This document shows positions 20,675 through 31,045 of a stretch of 64,000 nt of DNA, piece by piece (within the stretch, counting starts at the first letter, position 1; each line of letters begins with the position of its first letter). A program made the position numbers and the translations under genes. Below the pieces are notes generated by a model. The model made no database searches. It was not told where the DNA came from and saw only the letters and a list, made by a program, of their open reading frames with translations. This DNA comes from Tetramitus jugosus (Eukaryota > Protista > Heterolobosea), in contig OW569359.1 of assembly GCA_937625935.1 (NCBI GenBank), forward strand, positions 248,001-312,000. Reading direction: 5' to 3'.

Positions 20675-21832
20675 TTATTCTCTCATGGGTGGCAGTTTGA
20701 ACTGAATATCCAAATACTTTTCCAACAGTGTGCACGTGGCTTGTTGCGTATCAGTGGTAATCAACACATTTTCGAACCAAATCTTCTCATTCAACAATTG
20801 ATTAAATCGACCGTGCATGAAATTAACAATGTCTTCCTCTGGTACAATGGATCGAATGGCATTGAATCGATTTCTGTACTGTCTCATGTACGCCTCATGA
20901 ATCACACTCATGGGAGACGATTCTGGTTCATAGTTTTGTTCATAGAGATACTTGTGTCCACCGAGTCGAATACTGCTCTCAATGTCATCTGCTTCGCACA
21001 GGTAGATGCGACATGAGGAGATGCTTGGATGATTGTTGAATTGGTCCTTCATGCGATAGGCTGCTTCCTTCATGGCTTCAATACATGACTTTTGTGATTT
21101 TTCATTGAGATAGGGATAAATGGACAATGGTGAAGCATCGATAAACAAGTGTTGATTCTTGAATCGCATGGGTGAATTATTGTGAATACTACTATTCTCC
21201 AGCAATTCTGTCACTCCATTCTGCACATGTGTCACATAGTCGAACAATGTGTCTTCAAAGTCAACAATAGATGAATAGTCTTGTGATTCTCTGTGGATTT
21301 GATCATCATCATCAACATTGTCCGTTGACTCTGCTGCTGCATGATCAGCCATCATCATCATATCACTCTCATAGTCATAGTCATCCATTCTATTGATGTT
21401 GTTATTGCTTTGAGGGGACAATGTTTGACGCTTCTTATTGTTGTTGTTGTGAAATGAGTTGGACAAGTGAGAGAATGGATCATCATTAGCACTGTTGTTG
21501 TTATTGTTCTGTTGTTGTTGTTGTGCTTGTGTTTGATCATTATTGGTTTGTTGTTGTTGTTTTGCAAAATCGAGTACGTGTGGAAAACTCTTTGTCACAT
21601 AGCCCATCTTGTTCAATCGAGACAACACTTTGGATTTTTGAGTCATGATTGGATCACCCTCCAATATCACTAGTTTGAGATTGGAGTGGTGATAAGAGTG
21701 ATGATGATGATGATATATAGGATAAATCAGATGATTGTTATTGGTGTTGTTGTGGCTGTAGCTGCTCATGTTGGTCACTCGTTTTCTCATTGAGCCACCA
21801 GCATGATGAAGATGATGGACAATGTGTTTCAT
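20675..21832 (-). CDS. Degenerate P-loop (nucleoside/nucleotide kinase or NadR-AAA-like) protein
   Basis: Likely ATG at 21832. LVILEGDPIMTQKSKVLSRLNKMGY and LFIDASPLSIYPY echo the kinase-fold motifs hhEGxxGxGKS and hhDRSxhS. Confidence 0.5.
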   Translation of the reverse strand: MKHIVHHLHHAGGSMRKRVTNMSSYSHNNTNNNHLIYPIYHHHHHSYHHSNLKLVILEGDPIMTQKSKVLSRLNKMGYVTKSFPHVLDFAKQQQQTNNDQTQAQQQQQNNNNNSANDDPFSHLSNSFHNNNNKKRQTLSPQSNNNINRMDDYDYESDMMMMADHAAAESTDNVDDDDQIHRESQDYSSIVDFEDTLFDYVTHVQNGVTELLENSSIHNNSPMRFKNQHLFIDASPLSIYPYLNEKSQKSCIEAMKEAAYRMKDQFNNHPSISSCRIYLCEADDIESSIRLGGHKYLYEQNYEPESSPMSVIHEAYMRQYRNRFNAIRSIVPEEDIVNFMHGRFNQLLNEKIWFENVLITTDTQQATCTLLEKYLDIQFKLPPMRE

Positions 21833-21969
21833 TTTTCTTTCGTGAGTGGCGGTGTATTTGCGCGACGGAAGATTTGAATCGAGCCGAAAACTGCCGAACT
21901 GGATCACTGGAACACAACCAACAAAAAACATCAGCACAAATTCACACAAGACCGTCTCTATTAGCAGAA

Positions 21970-23259
21970 ATGGGCGATTCATGGGTAGTTGACACCTTAT
22001 TGGAGCGACTAGTGGATCACTTGTCACCAGAGATGATTATCCACAATATTCTCATCCATATTACTCTCAATTTCAATCAACAGATGATTCTGGAGGAGCT
22101 CATCTCATCCGACTACAGTCATTCCATGTCAGCCGAACAGAAGGAATTCTTGAAGAGTGGTGAGTGGAAGATTACGAGAGATGCCATTCCAGAGTTCATT
22201 CTCACACGATTGCTGTTTGGCTACTTTAGGAGTGACCCGGACAGGACACCTCATCAGATATTCTCCAGTTTCCATGTCAATTGGTACTTTGTTCAATTGA
22301 ATAGACAAAAATTCTCCAACTTGTCGTTCCTGCGATCGATTCGCATCTTTATTCTCGATCCAACTATGTATGACAAGGAGTTGGTGAAACGTGTTACGGC
22401 GTCGCGTCATCTGGTCAATCTAGAGTTGAAGAATGGCAACAATTTGCACTTGATGCCACAGATTGGTTCAAAAAAGACAAAGTCTCTCCAGTTGGAGAGT
22501 GATATGAACATTGATGTCAATGCATTGTTTCATCGTGTGAGTCAAAGTGCAAAGAGAATCGCATTGCTTCAAGTGATGAGTCGTGCAGACTTGATGGGAG
22601 ATCCGGATACCAATGAAGTTGATTTTCAACCACTATTACACAACGGCAAGAGTCAATTGTCCGTATTGAAGCTCGCAAAAACCTTTCATTCATTCCAAGA
22701 AACTGCTGTTGAATTGTCAAATTTGAGATTGTTTACGAATTTTGATCGATTCCTCAATGGTGCCAATCGATTGCAGAAACTTACATTGGAGATCCTTCCG
22801 AGTGTGAATCTGATTGACTTACAATATCTACCCAATTCTCTTCGTGAATTGTCACTGATGACTGATGGTTGCGTGGATCCCTATTTGCGTTTCATATCAG
22901 AGAGATGCCCCAATCTTGAAGTTTTGAATTTGAGTCGTGCTCGCTTGGGTTCTGATCCCAATTTTGGTAGTGAATACTGTGAACACCTTGCTCAGATATT
23001 TAATGAAGATATAATGCCACGTCTCACGATTGTTGATATTTCAGGCAATCCATCATTGAATAATGTACAATGTTTTGAGCATTTGGCCAAGAATAACACA
23101 TTGATAAAAGTCGATATCCGTGGTGCTTTCTGGCAAGCAGGACGTGAGGCACTGGCAGAAAAACTGGGAAATAATACAAACATTACCCTCGCGAATGCAC
23201 CATATGTAAACGAAGATGCCAATCATACCACAACAATGAGGGACTTGAGCATCCAATAG
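21970..23259 (+). CDS. Leucine-rich repeat protein (RNI/F-box-LRR-like)
   Basis: LPNSLRELSL, CPNLEVLNLS and MPRLTIVDISGN repeats. Start uncertain (21970 or 22033). Confidence 0.75.
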   Translation: MGDSWVVDTLLERLVDHLSPEMIIHNILIHITLNFNQQMILEELISSDYSHSMSAEQKEFLKSGEWKITRDAIPEFILTRLLFGYFRSDPDRTPHQIFSSFHVNWYFVQLNRQKFSNLSFLRSIRIFILDPTMYDKELVKRVTASRHLVNLELKNGNNLHLMPQIGSKKTKSLQLESDMNIDVNALFHRVSQSAKRIALLQVMSRADLMGDPDTNEVDFQPLLHNGKSQLSVLKLAKTFHSFQETAVELSNLRLFTNFDRFLNGANRLQKLTLEILPSVNLIDLQYLPNSLRELSLMTDGCVDPYLRFISERCPNLEVLNLSRARLGSDPNFGSEYCEHLAQIFNEDIMPRLTIVDISGNPSLNNVQCFEHLAKNNTLIKVDIRGAFWQAGREALAEKLGNNTNITLANAPYVNEDANHTTTMRDLSIQ

Positions 23260-23283
23260 GTGCACGAGAGCAGGGAGAGTCTA

Positions 23284-24669
23284 CTATGCCAAGTATTTCA
23301 ATAAAAAGCGAACAAGAATTTTCTGTAAGTCCTCAATCACGTGTTCATCCAAGGCACTCAGATCATCATCGAAAGTGTGCCATACACTTGGGAAGGGAGC
23401 TATTTTGCAGAAATTTTACGTCAGATAAAAATGAAAACAGTTGCCCAACGAAATGATACATACTTGGAATTAAGTGTAAAACAGGAACTTTCTTCCTGTA
23501 GAATGGTATATGATCATCTTCTATCAACTCATTAACCCTTGCGTCAAAAAAGTATTTCTGTTCACTTTTCCTATTTATGAAAATGAGGTAAGTATGATGG
23601 TGACATTAGGCACATGAATGAAGTAATCTTACAATTCTGAATTTCCTCTTAATTGATTCTCGAAAACACTAAGTTGACTAAACAACTGGTGAGTATGAGA
23701 TTCAAAGTGAATTCCATAGTTATAGAATCGAACGTCTTTCGTTCCAATTAAATCGAGCAACAAAAACAGGTGAATGGAGTTTAACTTGTCTTCCTTGTCC
23801 CATTTTTGAGCGAGTTGCCTTGCTCCATCTGATTGTTCGAAATTGAAAGATGAGTCAGTTGTTGCACTATTTCATCAGATGATCTGCCACTTAAAACAAT
23901 ATCATCATCTATACTTACAAATAGAATCGTTGGGAGACCATTGAACGAATGCTTCTTCACCATCAAAAAATACCAATTGCACATCATAGGCTGACTGTGA
24001 AGTCGAATACAATTTTGATTGTTCGTACGCATGTGCAAAATTAATCATCATTGCACATGGAACAACAGAGTCAGTAGCGCCGAGAAACACTCGAGGAGGT
24101 GCCTCATTGGAGTTCATAATCTTGCTTTCATAGTGAGCAGCCAAGATGATTCTCTTCCTTTGGTATGAACTGATTTGAACAGGATTCTTCCACGTGACGA
24201 TCAAATTGGTAAAGTTCAATTTGCCTAACACTGTGTGATGCGATTGCGTATCATACTCAATGCGCCACTTGTTGGGATTGAATTGCGAAGCCAAATACTC
24301 CAATGTTCTCTCATGTCCACTCTTCTTGTTCAGGTCATCACCATCATTTGCACGCACAGATCGTTTTTGATGTGTTACGAGTCGCTCTCCAAACGATAGG
24401 ATTGTCCTAGTGTGATCCATGATGCTCTTGTGCTCATCACCAGAGATCCTCACATCATTTATGGAGGGCTTGGACGTATTCAACAGAAAGGATGAAACAA
24501 AATACAAGACAGCAACAACAACCATGAGTAAAACAAGGAACATCACTTTGCGATCCATTGCATGTTGTTTCTTATTGTGCTTTTGGTCGGGTGATTCGTT
24601 CGAAATACGATTTTGCTTCTCGTTCTGTGAACTATTGCTCAAATGACTCTTTGATCGTTTATTTGACAT
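23284..24669 (-). CDS. QPCTL: Glutaminyl-peptide cyclotransferase (M28 fold) with N-terminal membrane anchor; 4 exons
   Basis: Introns 23829-23918, 23571-23632 and 23400-23463 give AAHYESK, GATDSVVPC, FFDGEEA, SIYGARQLA, LLDLIG, IEDDHIPF, VLHLIPTPFPSVWHT, with TAG at 23284-23286. TM segment VMFLVLLMVVVAVLYFVSSFLL. Confidence 0.9.
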
Positions 24670-24749
24670 TTTGTTGTCATTCAAGATCGTGTGTGTCTTT
24701 TGTTTGGTGATTTGTTGCACCGGTGAAATTTATCTTTCTTGGTCCTGAT

Positions 24750-25455
24750 CTAAATGAGACTCTGATAGAATTCATTCTCCAGAACCCGTGACAATTTTAC
24801 TTCTCCTTCAAACATCTCTCTAAGATAGAATGTGTTTAGTTTCAGATTCAAGTTGGTTGCAATGTAAGTGCAAAATGATGAGAACTTACGCTTCCTGGAC
24901 AACAAACCCAGCCAGATTGTGTATGTAATCTCTGTTCTTGACATCAATGTTCGCATAGAACAGAAGAATTTGATTCAAATCTTCAATATTTGCTATCACT
25001 CCATCGACACTAAACAAATGAAAAGAATTTGTAATTGCTTCTGCGGCCGAAAAAGAACACATCGATGTGCAATATGAGAGAAAGAGTATCCAATCCAGGT
25101 ATCTATCATCTGTTGGATCTCTACATGATGTACACAAAGTATCGATCACTTCAGGATGAAAATTAAACTTTTGGGTGACCTTTCTAATGTTGGACTCCAA
25201 TATCGACAGTTTCGGGAGACCAAAATGACCTAACCATCTCATTGAAACGATGTAATTGTACACGTTTTGAACTTGGTTGAAGGATACTTCCAGTTCTTTT
25301 CTCTTTAGATATCTAGTTCTTTGTTGATTAAGGTAGTTGATTACACATTGAATCATGTGAGCATCCACAGTCTCCACAGAGAGATTAGCTCTTCTCCTCT
25401 CCCTCATGACATGTTTTGCTAAATCCTTAATCAACACAGCATAATCATCATTCAT
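24750..25455 (-). CDS. Ropporin/RSP11-like protein (RIIa-type N-terminus); 2 exons
   Basis: Intron 24820-24889 adds AEMFEGEVKLSRVLENEFYQSLI. LIKDLAKHVMRE resembles the RIIa D/D helix; LDWILFLSYCTS..AITNSFHLF resembles the ropporin C-terminal region. Confidence 0.45.
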
Positions 25456-25508
25456 GACAAGAAGTAATTGAATGTTATCAGTTCTATCTCTTTTGCTGTA
25501 GGGGTGAA

Positions 25509-26825
25509 ATGAAAATTTCTTCTATTTCTCCTACCACTGAACAACGCAGCAAAACACAACAAAAACACATGCAAATGCAACAACAGCAGGATACGAACAA
25601 CAACAATCGTTCAATTGACTCATTCATTGAACAATTGCCAAAGATTGAATTACATGCACACATTGGTGGTAGCATCAGAGAGTCAACCATTGAACACCTG
25701 TTGAAGAGTAACAAGAACAAGGACAATGACAATGACAATGATGACAAGAGGACTGAAATCATGCAACAAATCAAAGTGTCAAGAGGAGACAAGAGAACCA
25801 TGAAACAATGTTTTCAATTGTTTGATATCATACATGGGTTGACCAGTGATCTGAGTGTCATGTCACGAGTCATGGATGAAGTGCTCTATGACTTTAGAAT
25901 GAATGACAATTGTAGATATATAGAGTTGAGATCTACGCCGAGAGAGATGATTGAATCGGGAACCAATGCCAGAGATTATGTCAATGTGTTGTTGAATCGA
26001 ACGGAACGTTTTCAACAAGAGGGTCTCAGCACCACCACTGATATCAGCAAGTCATTGTCAGAGAATGATAGAGAAGAACAATCAAAAACTATGACAGCAA
26101 CAACAGCAGCAACAACAACGACGACTACAACACAGAACAAACACTACTCATATGTTGATGCCCAATTATTGTTGAGTGTCAATAGAGCTCATTCGTTTGA
26201 AAAGGCTGAAGAAACAGTAAAATTGGCAATCGAGTACTATGGCAGAGGTGTATGTGGAATTGATTTTAGTGGAAATTGCTTCACTGCCAATTTCAAAAAG
26301 TTTGAGCCATTGTTCGAGTATGCAAGAACGCATCACAAGATACCATCCACCATTCACTTTGCAGAGTGTTCCAATTTTGAAGATAGCTTTGACATTTTGA
26401 AATTTAAACCAGAGAGATTAGGTCACGCCGCAGTGTTGAATGATGAATTGGAGAGAGAACTAATCAAGAGCAAGATACCCATTGAAGTGTGTCTGACAAG
26501 CAACATTCTATGCAAGCTTCACGACTCGTACAATGTGCATCCATTCCGCAAATTCTATCAAGCAATTCATCCAATGGCCATCTGCACGGACGACATGGGA
26601 GTGTTTGATACGACTCTGTGCAAGGAGTACTCTCTGCTCGCTCACTCTGATTACACTCAGGACATGTTGGGCAATGCTCATACAGAACAAGAGCTCAAGC
26701 AAAGATTGTTCGACATTTCAAGAAACACAATCGAGCATTGCTTCTGTTCAGAATCCGTAAAGCAGGAGTTGAGAGGCGAATTTGACCGATTTGCCCTGGC
26801 TCACAACCTCAACTCCTGTTTGTAA
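25509..26825 (+). CDS. ADAL: Adenosine deaminase-like protein (N6-methyl-AMP deaminase type)
   Basis: LPKIELHAHIGGS, CFQLFDIIH, YIELRSTPR, HFAE, RLGHA, EVCLTSN and CTDDMGVF. Confidence 0.9.
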   Translation: MKISSISPTTEQRSKTQQKHMQMQQQQDTNNNNRSIDSFIEQLPKIELHAHIGGSIRESTIEHLLKSNKNKDNDNDNDDKRTEIMQQIKVSRGDKRTMKQCFQLFDIIHGLTSDLSVMSRVMDEVLYDFRMNDNCRYIELRSTPREMIESGTNARDYVNVLLNRTERFQQEGLSTTTDISKSLSENDREEQSKTMTATTAATTTTTTTQNKHYSYVDAQLLLSVNRAHSFEKAEETVKLAIEYYGRGVCGIDFSGNCFTANFKKFEPLFEYARTHHKIPSTIHFAECSNFEDSFDILKFKPERLGHAAVLNDELERELIKSKIPIEVCLTSNILCKLHDSYNVHPFRKFYQAIHPMAICTDDMGVFDTTLCKEYSLLAHSDYTQDMLGNAHTEQELKQRLFDISRNTIEHCFCSESVKQELRGEFDRFALAHNLNSCL

Positions 26826-27109
26826 GTGCCAGTTTTTGTTATTTTCCTTCGGAATAAAATGATCTCATCTACAACGGATTTTTTCGTGTGCTAATTTTAT
26901 CCTAGATGTCCAGGAAAATTGACTGGGTGAGATCTCCAAATCAATTTGGTGCCGTGGCCAGCAACTGTTGTGTGCTGATCATCCAACACCGCATCACCCA
27001 TAAAATTAGCGTGGAGCTTATTCTTTGCCCCTTTGTTACAAAAAACAAACAACAACAACCAACACGACACATCACAAAAACACACATCGTACATACATAC
27101 CACACTACA

Positions 27110-28093
27110 ATGACATCAAGATCCCCAGTTAGAGTTTGCGTCACCGGAGCTGCCGGTCAAATCGCCTATTCCCTCCTGCCAAATATTGCCAGTGGAAGAA
27201 TGTTGGGTCCAGACACTCCAGTCATCTTGCACCTCTTGGAAGTTCCAGTCGCTCAAGATGCATTGAAGGGTGTTGTCATGGAATTGGAAGATGGAGCCTA
27301 TCCATTGTTGAGAGACATTGTGACTACGACTGATGCTTCAGTTGCGTTCAAGGACGTTGACATTGCCATCTTGGTCGGTGCGTTCCCAAGAAAGCAAGGT
27401 ATGGAGAGAAAGGAGTTGTTGGAGAAGAATGCTGGCATCTTCAAGGAACAAGGTGCTGCCATTGACAAGTTTGCCTCCAGAAATGTCAAGGTTCTCGTTG
27501 TTGGTAACCCTGCCAACACCAACTGCCTCATCTGCAAGCACTATGCTCCATCGATCCCTGCTGAAAACTTTTCTGCATTGACTCGATTGGATCACAACAG
27601 AGCAAAGGCTCAAGTGGCCAAGAGACTCAACATTCCTGTTGCTGAAGTCAAGAATGTCATCATTTGGGGCAACCACTCTTCAACTCAATACCCTGATGTG
27701 AACCATGGTAGTGCAGCTGGTAAGGTCATTAGAGAAGCTGTTCAAGATGATCAATACTTGAATGGTGAGTTCATCAAGACTGTTCAAGTCAGAGGTGCTG
27801 CCATCATTGAAGCAAGAAAGCTCTCTTCTGCCATGTCTGCCGCTCAAGCCATTGTCGATCACATCAAGGACTGGGTTTTGGGAACACCTGAAGGTGAATG
27901 GGTGTCCATGGCTATTCCATCTGATGGTTCCTATGGAATTGAAGCAGGTCTCATCTACTCCTATCCAGTCACATGCAAGAATGGCAAATTCACCATTGTG
28001 CAAGGATTGAAGATTGATGACTTCTCGAGACAAAAGATGGACATCACCAAGCAAGAATTGGTCGAGGAGAGACAAGCTGCTCTTGGCAACTAA
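27110..28093 (+). CDS. MDH1: Cytosolic malate dehydrogenase
   Basis: [51 protein letters not shown] and ARKLSSA. Start MTSRSP at 27110. Confidence 0.97.
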   Translation: MTSRSPVRVCVTGAAGQIAYSLLPNIASGRMLGPDTPVILHLLEVPVAQDALKGVVMELEDGAYPLLRDIVTTTDASVAFKDVDIAILVGAFPRKQGMERKELLEKNAGIFKEQGAAIDKFASRNVKVLVVGNPANTNCLICKHYAPSIPAENFSALTRLDHNRAKAQVAKRLNIPVAEVKNVIIWGNHSSTQYPDVNHGSAAGKVIREAVQDDQYLNGEFIKTVQVRGAAIIEARKLSSAMSAAQAIVDHIKDWVLGTPEGEWVSMAIPSDGSYGIEAGLIYSYPVTCKNGKFTIVQGLKIDDFSRQKMDITKQELVEERQAALGN

Positions 28094-28190
28094 ATCGTTG
28101 AACTATGATTGTACCACCCTAAGTAACATTGTATTAAAACTGCGAATTTTAACTTCAAACAGCACGCGTTGTTTTTTATGTTATTATCGT

Positions 28191-29972
28191 TTACAAACTT
28201 TTCCACACAACAGAGTTGCATTTGAAGCCGGATCCAAATGCCATCATGAGAATGTGATGGTCTCTGCGCAGCAGGCCAGAGTTTTCAACAAACTCTAGCT
28301 CATACCATGTTGAAGCAGAGGAAGTGTTGCCAAAAGAATAGAGCGCAGCACGAGATGGCTTAATCTTGTCCTTGAGTTGCAGCTCTACACCAATATCATC
28401 CAACACCTTTCTGCCTCCGGCGTGGATACAGAAATGATCAAAGATCTTACCAAAGTTTGGTGTGTAAGGCTTTCTCTTTGCTCCCTTTTTGCTCGCAAGA
28501 ATGGACACAATCCTATCCCAAACAATAGGCACGAGTTCGGTCATTGGAATCAACCAAGGATTCTTTGTCAACAGTGTTGTCAAGTTTCTAACAACAGCCT
28601 CACCTGCCACACCAATAAGCTTCTCAGACAATCTAACTCCCAACACCTTATCGGCATCAAGTGTTTGGTATACTGAGTTGTATGCCACATCTTGTTTTGC
28701 CTTGTGCACTCTTACGGTCTGAACCAGCTCGAACTTGGATCTGTACTTGTCTTTTGGAATATTGGATAGCAAGATGGCAGCACCTCCCATTCTGAACAAA
28801 CAATTGCTCAACAACATGGATCTATCATTGCCCAAATACCAGTTCTGGGTGATATTTTCTGTGCTAACAACCAAGCATCGAGAGTTCTTGTGCACTTGCA
28901 ACAAATCCTTTGCCAAATCGATGGAAACCAATCCAGCAGAGCATCCCATTCCACCCAAGTTGAATGACTTAATATTGTCTCGCATTCCGAACATGTTAAT
29001 AATCATGGCACTGAGCGAAGGAGTTGGACAAAACAATGAACAGTTGACAATCAAAATATCAATGTCAGTTGCCTTCAAACCAGTCATTGACAATAAATCA
29101 CCGACAACATGCTCAAACACGTAGTGAGCCTCCTCTCTAGCAGCTTCAATGTCCAGTCTAGGTGGCTTTTCATGGATACTAGGTGGGAAAGAAGTGTTTT
29201 GACTAATGCAACCTCTTGTCAAAATCTTTTGCTGGAAAGTAAGAGAGTCCTCTGTAAATTTACCCAGCTCCTCCGATGTACGCATAAATTTCTCGTGTGG
29301 CACCTTGACACAGTCATCAGACTTCAACGTAGCAAAGTCAAGCAGATACACTGGTGTGCTGTCCTTAATTCCCACTACCCATTTGACCAATCGGATGGCA
29401 AGTTTTGAGAAACGAATCAATTGAATCCAGACCATTGTACTGCACAACCAGAATGCAATCACAAGCAACAAGTCATCGCTCTTGACACGTTGCATCAACT
29501 GATTATTGAACCATGATTCAAAGAATTCAATGGTTTGTTGTACTTCATTCTTGTTGTTATCCTTGTTGTTCAACTGCAACATTCTCATGCTCTGAGAGAC
29601 ACGAGAAATCGTGTAGGAGAACCTCTGGAGTGGTAGTTGAGCCAATGAGCGACTCACTGCCAGGACCTGATTCACTCGCTGACAAGCAGTGTCGTTGTTC
29701 TTCTTCACGTGACTACACAAATGAGGCAGAACAAACAAGATGGACACGAGAACAAGAGTCAACATGAGAGGTAACACAAAATACTTTTTCAAGTTCCAAA
29801 AGTACCAAAAAGGTCGTTTGGCCACACTTGACTCTGTTCTTCTGAAATAACCAGCCAAGTAGTCATTTGCTTCTTGTTCAGAGACACTAGCAAACACCCT
29901 TCCATTGTTGTTGGAACCGATGGGTACTGCTGGCTGAGATGCTTGTGTGCTTGAAGTGGAGGACGACGACAT
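28191..29972 (-). CDS. 3-ketoacyl-CoA synthase, FAE1/KCS (plant-type) very-long-chain fatty acid elongase
   Basis: LIVNCSLFCPTPSLS, NLGGMGCSAG (catalytic Cys), LFRMGGAA, HFCIHAGG, FGNTSSAS and FGSGFKCNS; N-terminal TM segments. Confidence 0.95.
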   Translation of the reverse strand: MSSSSTSSTQASQPAVPIGSNNNGRVFASVSEQEANDYLAGYFRRTESSVAKRPFWYFWNLKKYFVLPLMLTLVLVSILFVLPHLCSHVKKNNDTACQRVNQVLAVSRSLAQLPLQRFSYTISRVSQSMRMLQLNNKDNNKNEVQQTIEFFESWFNNQLMQRVKSDDLLLVIAFWLCSTMVWIQLIRFSKLAIRLVKWVVGIKDSTPVYLLDFATLKSDDCVKVPHEKFMRTSEELGKFTEDSLTFQQKILTRGCISQNTSFPPSIHEKPPRLDIEAAREEAHYVFEHVVGDLLSMTGLKATDIDILIVNCSLFCPTPSLSAMIINMFGMRDNIKSFNLGGMGCSAGLVSIDLAKDLLQVHKNSRCLVVSTENITQNWYLGNDRSMLLSNCLFRMGGAAILLSNIPKDKYRSKFELVQTVRVHKAKQDVAYNSVYQTLDADKVLGVRLSEKLIGVAGEAVVRNLTTLLTKNPWLIPMTELVPIVWDRIVSILASKKGAKRKPYTPNFGKIFDHFCIHAGGRKVLDDIGVELQLKDKIKPSRAALYSFGNTSSASTWYELEFVENSGLLRRDHHILMMAFGSGFKCNSVVWKSL

Positions 29973-30104
29973 TTAGCAAAATGTTTGTGTTGTTGTCTCC
30001 TGGTGCGATTTCCGACCGATTGCCTCTTCCTTGCCAAACCTGAACGGGAATTTTCGGGGAAATGGGGATAAGATGCAGGCATTTACAAAAATGAAGGAGT
30101 TATT

Positions 30105-30881
30105 TTACTGTTGTTGTTCCTTATTATCATCAACTGTCAGTGTGTGGGTAGCATCGGAGGTGGTGGTAGTAGTAGTAGCAGTTGTGGTTGCTTCAACTTG
30201 GGTGGATGTGTTGTTGCTTGATAAGTCAGGCAAGTTCACCAACAGAGTTTCTTGCAAAAACTCTCGTGGCTGTGACACTGCGGCAGCAAAACACTTTGGA
30301 TATAGGATTGCGGCACCGGCACCATATCCGATCACACCGTTTCTGAATAGGGAGTACATGCTCGATTGTGTGTCTATCAAGTAATGTTCACAGAAAAGTA
30401 AATGTGCGCAAGTGAGTGATCAGTGATCCAAAGACACACAAAATGTTCGGTCAAAAAAACAAAACAACACAAAAAAATGATATCATACATCTCTTGGTAG
30501 CGGCCATGGAAGCCAATGAAATGAATGATAATACATAGAATGGATGATCCTTGTAAATGTTCTTGGAGGTGTTTATAGTGCCTATAATGAATAAAAAATG
30601 ATGTTTAGCTGGCTCAATAGTTCCATGCTTCATCGTCATATTAATGACGGGAAAAAAAAGTAGTAAATCATACCATTCAAAGCAGATTTGGCAGTTTCAG
30701 TGGTTTGCTGAGCAGCACTCACAGTGATTTCTCTTGCTTCTCTGGTTGTTCCCATGGTCCAATCTCTCACTTGCAGCAGTGATCTAGCAAAATGACGGAA
30801 AAAAGCCCATTCATTCTCCCAGACAACGACTCTCTTGACCTTTGTTTCTGCTGGAACGTTATTGTCGTCTTGTTGACTCAT
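30105..30881 (-). CDS. Small (~190 aa) membrane protein with a two-TM hairpin; 3 exons
   Basis: Phase-compatible introns 30582-30673 and 30374-30488 (both GTATGA..TAG) join three short track ORFs: ...PFYVLSFISLASMAATKRYTQSSMYSLFRNGVIGYGAGAAILYP... Confidence 0.7.
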
Positions 30882-31045
30882 TTTTTGATTGCGTTTTTGC
30901 TCGAAAATAGTTTCTCCGAACGACCAAAAATTAATTTCACGCGATTACAAGAAACAAATTGAACACACAAACATCCCAAACATCATCAATATCCTCACAC
31001 TCGTCGTGATCAAAGCAACAACTCGAAAGAATAGTGAGATTGACC

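Noticed and set aside
26897-28298. Many overlapping alternative-frame and antisense ORFs over MDH1 (also over eIF2-beta, UTP3, lipin, ARP4)
   Set aside because: Expected from strong codon bias and trinucleotide repeats; no domains, and mostly non-ATG starts.
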